Source: Acidobacteriota bacterium
GTDB lineage: Bacteria > Acidobacteriota > Aminicenantia > UBA2199
Assembly: GCA_028749105.1 (NCBI GenBank)
Contig: JAQUQF010000002.1
Coordinates: 1-33,810 of the forward strand
Length of the DNA stretch: 33,810 nt
Direction of reading: 5' to 3'
A program made the position numbers and the translations under genes. The notes under the pieces are model-generated. The model was not told the DNA's origin and did no database searches. It saw nothing but the letters and a program-made list of their open reading frames with translations. Shown here piece by piece: positions 25,343-32,687 of this stretch. Position 1 is the stretch's first letter. Each line of letters begins with the position of its first letter.

Positions 25343-25942
25343 TCAGAACTCTTCCCCCATCTGGTAGCGGGTGAAGCGCTTGACCACGATGTTCTCGCCG
25401 GTCTTGTGTATCTTCTCGGCGATGAGCTTCTCGATGGTGATCTTCTCGTCCTTGAAAAAACTCTGGTGCAGAAGACAGACCTCAGCATAGAACTTGCCCA
25501 GCTTGCCCTCTACGATCTTGTCGACGATAGCGGCGGGCTTGCCGCTCTTTGCCAGCTGCTCTCGGTAGATCTCCTTCTCTTTCTCCAGCACCGCCTCGGG
25601 AATGTCCTTCTCGGAGACATAGCGGGGGTTCATGGCCGCGATCTGCATGGCGATGTCTTTGATCAGCTCCTGGAAGTCCTCGTTCTTGGCTACGAAGTCG
25701 GTCTCGCAACCCAATTCCACCAGCACGCCGATCTTGCCCTTCATGTGGATGTAGGCCCCCACGGCGCCCTGGTTGGTCGCGCGCGAGGACTTGGCCTTGG
25801 CCTTCTCAAAGCCCTTCTTGCGCAGGATCTCGGCCGCCTGGGTCAGGTCGCCCTTGGCCTCCTCGATGGCCTTCTTGCACTCCAATATGCTGATGCCCGT
25901 CTGCTCGCGCAGCTTCTTGACCAGTTCCATGTCAACGGTCAT
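25343..25942 (-). CDS. tsf: Elongation factor Ts
   Basis: [37 protein letters not shown] (UBA-like N-terminus) and [16 protein letters not shown]. Start trimmed to ATG 25942, which has GGAG upstream. Confidence 0.95.
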   Translation of the reverse strand: MTVDMELVKKLREQTGISILECKKAIEEAKGDLTQAAEILRKKGFEKAKAKSSRATNQGAVGAYIHMKGKIGVLVELGCETDFVAKNEDFQELIKDIAMQIAAMNPRYVSEKDIPEAVLEKEKEIYREQLAKSGKPAAIVDKIVEGKLGKFYAEVCLLHQSFFKDEKITIEKLIAEKIHKTGENIVVKRFTRYQMGEEF

Positions 25943-25944
25943 GG

Positions 25945-26727
25945 TCAATTCTCCTGCCCGGCAGCGGGTGCGGCGGTTTCCGCGACAGCGGCGGCTGCCG
26001 CCTGATCGGCGGCGAGCTTCTGGGCATTGGCGCTCTCCTGGATCTTGCGGTTGCGGCCTTCGGTGACCGCCTCGCCGAACTTGCTGATGAAGAGGCGGAT
26101 GGAGCGGATGGCGTCGTCGTTGCCCGGGACGGGGAAGTGCACATCCTCGGGGTTGGCGTTGGTATCCACCACCGCCACGATGGGGATGTTCATGCGCTTG
26201 GCCTCGCATATGGCGATGTCCTCGAAAGTGGAGTCAATGACGATGACCACGCCGGGCAGGCTGGTCATGCGCCGCAGGCCCCACAGGCTGCGGTAGAGCT
26301 TCTTGTAGACCTTCTCCAGACGCGACTGCTCCTTCTTGGACTTGACCTCCCAGCGGCCGTCCTTCTTCATCTCGTCGAGCTCCAGCAGGCGGTCAATGCT
26401 CTTCTTGATCATCGGGAAATTGGTCAGCAGTCCGCCCAGCCAGCGCTTGTTCACGTAGTGCATGCCGGTCTCTTCGGCGATCTCCTCAATGATGGACTGC
26501 GCCTGCTTCTTGGTGCCGACGATCAGGGCATCCTTGCCGGCCACCATCTGGTCGGAGATGAACTGCAGGGCCGTCTTGAACATCTCGATCGAGGTCTGCA
26601 GGTCGATGATATAGATGCCGTTCTTCTTGCCGAAGATAAAGGGCTTCATCTTGGGGTTCCAGCGCCGCACCTGGTGGCCGAAGTGCACGCCTGCCTCAAG
26701 CATTTCTCTCATGTTGATCTGTACCAT
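25945..26727 (-). CDS. rpsB: 30S ribosomal protein S2
   Basis: MREMLEAGVHFGHQVRRWNPKMKPFIFG.. is canonical S2. It has an Ala/Gln-rich C-terminal tail. Confidence 0.95.
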   Translation of the reverse strand: MVQINMREMLEAGVHFGHQVRRWNPKMKPFIFGKKNGIYIIDLQTSIEMFKTALQFISDQMVAGKDALIVGTKKQAQSIIEEIAEETGMHYVNKRWLGGLLTNFPMIKKSIDRLLELDEMKKDGRWEVKSKKEQSRLEKVYKKLYRSLWGLRRMTSLPGVVIVIDSTFEDIAICEAKRMNIPIVAVVDTNANPEDVHFPVPGNDDAIRSIRLFISKFGEAVTEGRNRKIQESANAQKLAADQAAAAAVAETAAPAAGQEN

Positions 26728-26736
26728 GGCCGCCTC

Positions 26737-27141
26737 CTAGCGCTTGTGATACTGGGGCGCCTTTCGCGCTTTGAGCAGGCCGTACTTGCGGCGCTCTTTT
26801 TCGCGGGCATCCCGGGTCAATAAACCCGATTTCTTTAAGGCGGGCCTGAGTTCCGAGTTGAATTCAAGCAGGGCGCGCGCGATCCCCAAGCGGACCGCTC
26901 CGGCCTGGGAGGCGACGCTGCCACCCTCGATATCCATAAAAAAATCAAAGTTGTTCAACGTGTTGGTGATGGTCAACGGCTTGAAGATGGTGAGCTTGTG
27001 TATCTTCAAGGGGAAATAATCCTCGAACACGCGGTTGCGCTTGTTGACGGTCAGGGTAAAATTGCCGTTGCCGGGGCGAAGGTACACCCGGGCGATGCTG
27101 GTCTTACGTCTTCCGGTTCCGTAGTATTGAACAATGCTCAA
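26737..27141 (-). CDS. rpsI: 30S ribosomal protein S9
   Basis: YYGTGRRKTSIARVYL...GGSVASQAGAVRLGIARAL...TRDAREKERRKYGLLKARKAPQYHKR. Confidence 0.95.
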   Translation of the reverse strand: MSIVQYYGTGRRKTSIARVYLRPGNGNFTLTVNKRNRVFEDYFPLKIHKLTIFKPLTITNTLNNFDFFMDIEGGSVASQAGAVRLGIARALLEFNSELRPALKKSGLLTRDAREKERRKYGLLKARKAPQYHKR

Positions 27142-27599
27142 CTTTTCCCTCCTGTTATTTTAAGCACTTCGGGCTTCTGGGCGGCATGGCCGTGGCTGGC
27201 GTCCGGGTAGACCTTCAGCTTGGTCAGCAACTTGTAGCTCAACTTGTTCTTGGGCAGCATGCCCTTGACGGCGTTCAGGACCACGCGCTCGGGGTGCGTG
27301 GCCATCATGCGCTGGAAGGAGGTCTCCTTGATGCCGCCGCGGTATCCCGAATGGCGATAATAGAGCTTTTGCTCCTCCTTGCTTCCGGTCAGGCGGATCT
27401 TGCGGGCGTTGATGACCACGACATGGTCGCCGCAGTCGAAGAACGGAGTATAGCAGGGGTGGTCCTTGCCGCGTAAAACATCGGAAACCCTGGTGGCGAG
27501 GCGCCCAAGCACCAGGTCGCTGGCGTCGATCAGCCACCACTTCTTCTCCATGCCGTTTTTTTTGGGCAAATACGTGACATTGCTCTTGTTCAATTTCAT
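27138..27599 (-). CDS. rplM: 50S ribosomal protein L13
   Basis: KKWWLIDASDLVLGRLAT.VSDVLRGK..P.YTP..DCGDHVVVINA is canonical L13. ATGA overlap with rpsI. Confidence 0.95.
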   Translation of the reverse strand: MKLNKSNVTYLPKKNGMEKKWWLIDASDLVLGRLATRVSDVLRGKDHPCYTPFFDCGDHVVVINARKIRLTGSKEEQKLYYRHSGYRGGIKETSFQRMMATHPERVVLNAVKGMLPKNKLSYKLLTKLKVYPDASHGHAAQKPEVLKITGGKS

Positions 27600-27624
27600 T
27601 TTTCAACCTCGTTGGGAAGAGTTC

Positions 27625-27653
27625 AATCTATAATATTTTAGCCTATTTGTCAA
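27625..27653 (-). promoter_or_regulatory. Sigma70-like promoter for the rplM-led operon
   Basis: On the minus strand: TTGACA (27653-27648), 17-nt spacer, TAGATT (27630-27625). Confidence 0.4.
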
Positions 27654-27795
27654 GGTTTTTTGCGAAAAAATCTCGCTGACGGGGATTTTCGACCTTGGGA
27701 AGTCCGCGTCCGACAAAGGAAAGCGCCCGACAACGGCGGGGTGTAATTCCGTCGAACTATTGCGTTGGCTGACAAAATTTGTTATATTGTCATCC

Positions 27796-28074
27796 ATGAG
27801 ATTGAATAAACAGCAGATCGAGCACTTGGCCTTCCGCGTGATCAAAGGTCTGCTGGCGGAAAATCTTCTCATATCGGACAACCGGGAAAAAACCGTCATC
27901 GACGTGCAGAATATCATTACCCAGGAGCTGGAAAAAGAGGACCAGCTCGATGAAAGGGTCAAGGACATCCTGAAGGACAAGCTGAACGAGATCCGCAACT
28001 CGAACATCGATTACTACGAGATGTTCCGCATGGTCAAGAGCAAGCTGGCCGAACAGGAAAACATAATATTATGA
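27796..28074 (+). CDS. DUF507-family small protein
   Basis: MRLNKQQIEHLAFRVIKGLL...; helical, acidic. Start trimmed to ATG 27796. Confidence 0.6.
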   Translation: MRLNKQQIEHLAFRVIKGLLAENLLISDNREKTVIDVQNIITQELEKEDQLDERVKDILKDKLNEIRNSNIDYYEMFRMVKSKLAEQENIIL

Positions 28075-28361
28075 GCTTGAAACTGTCAAAGAACCGGGTG
28101 AACTACCTGACCAAGCTGATCGTGGACTACATCCAGAAGAGCGAGGACATCGATTACCTGGACGATCTGGGCAATATCCGCTTCAAAATTTACCATATCA
28201 TCCTGGACGAGCTCAAGCTGTTCGAGGACATCGAAACCGCCTCCCAGGAAAAGATCGTTTCCCAGAAGAAGAACATCCCCGAGGGCTCGCGCGAATGGGA
28301 GATCCTCTTCCGCAAGTACAGCAACGAGGAGCTGGCCAAACTCGGCCGCGTTTGGGACTAA
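28071..28361 (+). CDS. DUF507-family small protein (paralog)
   Basis: LSKNRVNYLTKLIVDYIQ... ATGA overlap with the upstream paralog. Confidence 0.6.
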   Translation: MSLKLSKNRVNYLTKLIVDYIQKSEDIDYLDDLGNIRFKIYHIILDELKLFEDIETASQEKIVSQKKNIPEGSREWEILFRKYSNEELAKLGRVWD

Positions 28362-28399
28362 TTCAAACTCAAAAAAAAGACTCGGCGTTCTGTATCTCG

Positions 28400-29068
28400 A
28401 TGAAAAACAAATCAAAGCAGGCTCTTCATGACCTCGGCGCCATTCGCCGGTTCATCGCTCCCCTCTCGCCGCCGGTCTTTGCCTTCGAGGCCAGCATCCG
28501 CTCCTCGCCGTTCCGCATCCTCATCTCGGTGCTGCTGAGCGCGCGCACGCAGGACCCGGTGACCGAAAAGGCGGCCGCCCGGCTGTTCGCTGTTGCCGAT
28601 ACGCCTGGGAAGATGGCGTGCCTGTCCGAGGCGCGGATCAGCCGCCTGATCTACCCGGTCGGATTCTTCCATACCAAGGCCAAGCACATCCTGAAGATTT
28701 GCCAGGCCCTGGAACAGGGCGGGCCGTTTCCCTCCAGCCGCGATGAGCTGCTGAAGCTGCCAGGGATCGGCCGCAAGTCGGCCAACCTGGTCATGGCCCT
28801 GGCCTTTTCCCGTCCGGCCATCGCCGTCGACACCCACGTCTTCCGCATCTCGCGCCGCCTGGGCTGGGCTTCGGGACGTGTGCCCGGCGACGTGGAAAAG
28901 GAACTGGAGCGCCTCTTTCCCCGCCGCCGCTGGACTGACGTCAACCAGGTGCTGGTCGGCTTCGGCCAGACGATATGCCGGCCTGTCCGCCCCTTGTGCG
29001 CCGCCTGCGTGCTCCACCTCAGATGCCCATCCTCATCCGTGCCGCACCGAGAAGAACAGCCTCGCTGA
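28400..29068 (+). CDS. nth: Endonuclease III (HhH-GPD DNA glycosylase with [4Fe-4S])
   Basis: HhH LPGIGRKSANLV, catalytic-region VDTHVFRISRRLG, and Fe-S loop CRPVRPLCAACVLHLRC. Start trimmed to ATG 28400. Confidence 0.9.
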   Translation: MKNKSKQALHDLGAIRRFIAPLSPPVFAFEASIRSSPFRILISVLLSARTQDPVTEKAAARLFAVADTPGKMACLSEARISRLIYPVGFFHTKAKHILKICQALEQGGPFPSSRDELLKLPGIGRKSANLVMALAFSRPAIAVDTHVFRISRRLGWASGRVPGDVEKELERLFPRRRWTDVNQVLVGFGQTICRPVRPLCAACVLHLRCPSSSVPHREEQPR

Positions 29069-29081
29069 AATCCGTTTATTG

Positions 29082-29852
29082 TTACTTTTTTTCGGCCAGG
29101 ATCCTTGCCAATTCTTCGACAATGAGCTTCCTTATCAGCTCGCTGGATTGGATTGGATCCAGGGCGGTTTCGCTGCCGGAATCTTTTGTTGAAGCAGATC
29201 TTCTTGCTGGATCCAGCCCCAATGAAGCGCGCTTTTCCAGCAATTTTGCCTTGTCCGCCGCGGGCAGGGGGAGCCAGGGGCCCATGTTCCTGGCATAGTG
29301 ATCGATCCGCAGCAGGTGCTCCAGCAATTCCATGCGCAGGAAAGCCTCCTTGACGTCACGTCCGGCAGCCAGGACTCCGTTGCCGGCCATCATCAGAAGA
29401 TCACCCTTGCCCAATGCCTCCGCAGTCAGCACCTCATTTTCATGAGCGCCAGGGAACGCATAGGGGATGACCGGAATGGAACCGCCGATGGAAACCACCG
29501 CTTCGGGGAGCCGCACGTTGAAATCACCGCCGGCCAGGCCCCTGGCCGTGGCCAGGGGCGGATGGGCATGAACCACGGCCTGGACATCGGGCCGGGCACG
29601 GTAGGCCGCCAGGTGCAGCCGGATCTCCGAGAACGGATTGCCTGAACCCTGAAGCTTGTTGCCCTCCATGTCCAGGGTGATGATCATGTCCGCGGTCACG
29701 TCGGCCTTGCTGACCGCGGTGGGCGTGGACAGCAGTATGCCTTCAAGGCGCGCCGTGACATTGCCGTCGTGGTTGGCCACCCAGCCCTTGGCCGCCACTT
29801 GATGGCAAATTCCAACGATGGCGCCAATCAGCGATTCGCGACGACTTTCCAT
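29082..29852 (-). CDS. Class II (fuculose/rhamnulose-phosphate-type) aldolase with C-terminal encapsulation-peptide-like tail
   Basis: Aldolase_II motifs NHDGNVTAR and VVHAHPPLATA. A low-complexity linker is followed by the amphipathic SSELIRKLIVEELARILAEKK. Confidence 0.85.
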   Translation of the reverse strand: MESRRESLIGAIVGICHQVAAKGWVANHDGNVTARLEGILLSTPTAVSKADVTADMIITLDMEGNKLQGSGNPFSEIRLHLAAYRARPDVQAVVHAHPPLATARGLAGGDFNVRLPEAVVSIGGSIPVIPYAFPGAHENEVLTAEALGKGDLLMMAGNGVLAAGRDVKEAFLRMELLEHLLRIDHYARNMGPWLPLPAADKAKLLEKRASLGLDPARRSASTKDSGSETALDPIQSSELIRKLIVEELARILAEKK

Positions 29853-29866
29853 TGCCGGATTGATCG

Positions 29867-30520
29867 TCAGTCCAGCTGCTTCCCGGACCTTGAACGCTTC
29901 ATCTCGTTCAGCTGCCGGAGGATCCTTGCCGCCGCCTCGGCCGCCGAATCGATCTCCGACTCGCCGCCACTGAGGACCAAACGGCCGCTGGCGCCAAAGG
30001 GCTTGATGTCGATCAGCTTGACATCGGCGGCCTTCAGTGCTTCATTGCAGGCGACCATCAGATAGGCGGCCGGGGTGACCTCCATGATAAAAACCGATTC
30101 GCCGGCAATGACCATGTTGCCCTTGGCCAGGCCGGTGAACATGATGGCGTGATCCTGCTCGATGCCGCGGATGGTTTTCTGGGTCAGGATTTCCACGGCG
30201 ACCCTGTCGTTCTCGTCCAGGGCGGTTTCGCGCAGGATGGCCCTGCCCGCTTCCTTGATCTCGCCCTGATCGCTGTGGTGCGCCAGCATCAGCCCGAACT
30301 GGCGCTCGGTGACCACGGAAGTCAGCCGCACGGCGGTCGCTTTCAGGGCAATATCGATCATGGTGTGGATCTCCATGGCCGGAGCGATCTCGATCATCAG
30401 GGCCGCATCGTATTCCTTGGGGTCATAGACACGGTTGTCCTTGGCGATGTATTGCGCCAACTGGGGCTGCAGGCTATCAATGAAAGTCAACGTCCTCAAT
30501 TCAAAACCCGATTTTGCCAT
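29867..30520 (-). CDS. BMC shell protein, tandem permuted BMC-T (EutL/PduB-like)
   Basis: 217 aa with two BMC-like halves. The C-terminal half, VTPAAYLMVACNEALKAADVKLIDIKP..SGRLVLSGGESEIDSAAEAA, resembles EutL. Confidence 0.7.
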   Translation of the reverse strand: MAKSGFELRTLTFIDSLQPQLAQYIAKDNRVYDPKEYDAALMIEIAPAMEIHTMIDIALKATAVRLTSVVTERQFGLMLAHHSDQGEIKEAGRAILRETALDENDRVAVEILTQKTIRGIEQDHAIMFTGLAKGNMVIAGESVFIMEVTPAAYLMVACNEALKAADVKLIDIKPFGASGRLVLSGGESEIDSAAEAAARILRQLNEMKRSRSGKQLD

Positions 30521-30531
30521 GCCATCCTCCT

Positions 30532-31464
30532 TTAATACGTTCCCTTTTTTGCATCCTGGCCGGTCACGATGGCCACGCTGGCGGATGCGCCGATGCGGTC
30601 GGCCCCGGCCTGTATCATTTTTTGCGCGTCCTCGCGGGTGCGTATGCCGCCAGAGGCTTTCACCTCCATGTCAGAACCCACGATGCGGCGCATCAACACG
30701 ATGTCTTCCACAGTGGCTCCGCCGCCGCCGAACCCGGTCGACGTCTTCACAAAAGCGGCGCCGGCAGTCTTGGCCAGGGCACAGGAGATCACTTTTTCCT
30801 CATCATTCAGCTGCGCGGTCTCAAGGATCACCTTCACTTTGTGGGGCTTTGAGGCTTCCACGACGGTTTTAATGTCTTCGAAAACAGTTCGATAATCCTT
30901 GGATTTCAGGGCTCCGATGTTGATCACCATGTCGATCTCCTCGGCCCCGGCGTGGATGGCTTCCCTGGCCTCAAAAGCCTTGGCCTGACTGGTGGCAGCG
31001 CCCAGAGGGAATCCCACCACGGCGATGGGTTTGACTGCACTCCCCAGCAGCTGCCTGGCCACCAGGGGGATATTGGCCGAGTTGACGCAAACGGTGGCGA
31101 AGCTGTACTGCTTGGCCTCTTCGCATATCTTCATAAGCTGCTCACGGGTGGCATCCGGCTTCAGCAGGGTGTGATCGATCATGGCCGCCATTTTGGCATC
31201 GATCGTCACGCCTAGGATGCCGCTTTTTGAGCTGATCCGTTCCGCCCCGCTTTGAATGATATTCTTTACCGCTTCGGGCTTGCGGGTAACGCAGTGGCCG
31301 CAGCCGCTGCACTCCTCACAGGGAACATCACCAGGAAGATTCTGGATTTTCTCAGTTAAAAGTCCTTTCTGCATCAACCGTTCAGTCACCCGCCTGCTGA
31401 TGATTTCAACCACCTCATCCAGGTTTTCCAATCCTTGTTGAGCCATTGGTCCCTCTCCTGCCAA
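30532..31464 (-). CDS. deoC: Deoxyribose-phosphate aldolase (DERA) with ~85 aa N-terminal extension
   Basis: DERA core: IDHTLLKPDAT, VCVN, Schiff-base region VKVILET and FVKTSTGF, plus VKASGGIR. The extension carries LDEVVEIISRRVTERLMQ and CEECSGCGHC. Confidence 0.9.
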   Translation of the reverse strand: MAGEGPMAQQGLENLDEVVEIISRRVTERLMQKGLLTEKIQNLPGDVPCEECSGCGHCVTRKPEAVKNIIQSGAERISSKSGILGVTIDAKMAAMIDHTLLKPDATREQLMKICEEAKQYSFATVCVNSANIPLVARQLLGSAVKPIAVVGFPLGAATSQAKAFEAREAIHAGAEEIDMVINIGALKSKDYRTVFEDIKTVVEASKPHKVKVILETAQLNDEEKVISCALAKTAGAAFVKTSTGFGGGGATVEDIVLMRRIVGSDMEVKASGGIRTREDAQKMIQAGADRIGASASVAIVTGQDAKKGTY

Positions 31465-31466
31465 TC

Positions 31467-31754
31467 CTAATTCTTTTCCGGTTCCCGGTCAACGGAAACC
31501 TTGTCCACGATGCCGACGATGACCGAATGAAAGGGATCGCTGCGCGTTCCCAGCAATTCGCGAGCCGTATTGCCTTCCTGCTGCACCAAGACCAGGTCGC
31601 CAGGACCGGCGTTGACCGTATCGCAGGACAAAAACGCGTGGGCGGTGTCTTCACCGTTTTCATCGACCGGTTGGACGATCAGAAGCTTATGCCCTTTGTG
31701 ACTGCCATGTTTCCTGGTCGCCACCACGTTGCCGATCACCCTGGCCAGTTTCAT
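31467..31754 (-). CDS. BMC vertex protein (BMC-P, EutN/CcmL family)
   Basis: MKLARVIGNVVATRKH...LLIVQPVD...AVDTV-type pattern. Confidence 0.85.
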   Translation of the reverse strand: MKLARVIGNVVATRKHGSHKGHKLLIVQPVDENGEDTAHAFLSCDTVNAGPGDLVLVQQEGNTARELLGTRSDPFHSVIVGIVDKVSVDREPEKN

Positions 31755-31767
31755 ATCAACGCTCCAT

Positions 31768-32079
31768 TCAGCGGTTTTTTACAAAGATCCGCTTTTTGCC
31801 GACGATTCCTTTGTCCTCAAGATTCACCTGGTCCACAATCCCGGTGATGGCCGCGTCGACCGGTGAGTTCGGGTCGGGCAGGGAAAAGGGGGCCTCCCGG
31901 GGGAGGGTATAATAGACGACCTCGCCGGGGCCGGCCTGGACGACATCCACGGCGGCGATCGCCCCGCCCACCGGTCGCATCGACTCATCCAGCGGCTGGA
32001 TCATCAGGATTTTCAAATTCTGCAATTTCTCGCTTTTTTTTGTTGCGACTACGGTCCCAATCACTTTGGCCAGCTTCAC
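31768..32079 (-). CDS. BMC vertex protein (BMC-P, EutN/CcmL family), second paralog
   Basis: MKLAKVIGTVVATKK...ILMIQPLD...IAAVDVVQAGPGEVV. Confidence 0.85.
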   Translation of the reverse strand: MKLAKVIGTVVATKKSEKLQNLKILMIQPLDESMRPVGGAIAAVDVVQAGPGEVVYYTLPREAPFSLPDPNSPVDAAITGIVDQVNLEDKGIVGKKRIFVKNR

Positions 32080-32117
32080 CGTTCACTCCTTCGCCAGTTT
32101 TCTTTTCTCATTTCATG

Positions 32118-32675
32118 TCACCAATAGATGCCTTTGGCCAGCAGATCCTTGTGCGGCGCAGGGATCAATTCGCAGGCGGCCAACATCCCTGCCTGGGCGG
32201 CAAATTCCTTTGCCGCGGCCAGCGCCCCTTCGACATCGGCCAATTCCCCGGTCATGACGAAATATCCCTTGCCGCCAAGTCCGTTGGCCAGCCTTATTTC
32301 AACCAACTGGACGGGAGTAGCCTTGACGGCGATATCGGCGGCCTGCAGGCAGGTGGCCGCGGCGAAGGTCTCCACGATGCCCAGGCTGCCGAATTTCTCG
32401 ATCCTGGCGGTCCCGGCCAGGGCCGGGATCACGTCGCGGTGCACGAAGGGGAGGAACAAATCGGCCACCACCATATCATGCCCTGTCTCCAGTCCGATCT
32501 TCATGGCTTCTTCTACTTCCGCCACGTCGCCGCAGATGATCGTGAGGTACTTGCCGGGGCAGACCGGATGGGTTTCGAGAATGCGCACCGCCGCCTTCTT
32601 CACCATGGCATCACAGGAATAGATGCCCCGGGCCACCGATTTGTATTCGATCATTCCCAGACACGGTTCATTCAT
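32118..32675 (-). CDS. BMC shell protein, tandem BMC-T (PduT-like)
   Basis: Two BMC domains: LGMIEYKSVARGIYSCDAMVKKA and LGIVETFAAATCLQAADIAVKA. Cys39 sits in HPVCPGKY, at the position of the PduT pore Fe-S ligand. Confidence 0.8.
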   Translation of the reverse strand: MNEPCLGMIEYKSVARGIYSCDAMVKKAAVRILETHPVCPGKYLTIICGDVAEVEEAMKIGLETGHDMVVADLFLPFVHRDVIPALAGTARIEKFGSLGIVETFAAATCLQAADIAVKATPVQLVEIRLANGLGGKGYFVMTGELADVEGALAAAKEFAAQAGMLAACELIPAPHKDLLAKGIYW

Positions 32676-32687
32676 GGTCTTTTCCCT

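Noticed and set aside
24601-26209. N-terminal extensions in the ORF track for pyrH (to 25488) and tsf (to 26209)
   Set aside because: The extensions are Arg/Pro/Ser-rich nonsense overlapping the upstream genes. Conserved N-termini and SD-like sequences support the starts at 25338 and 25942.
27796-28361. DUF507 gene pair as a toxin-antitoxin module
   Set aside because: The two proteins are paralogs of each other, both acidic and helical. Neither has a nuclease/toxin fold or a DNA-binding antitoxin motif.
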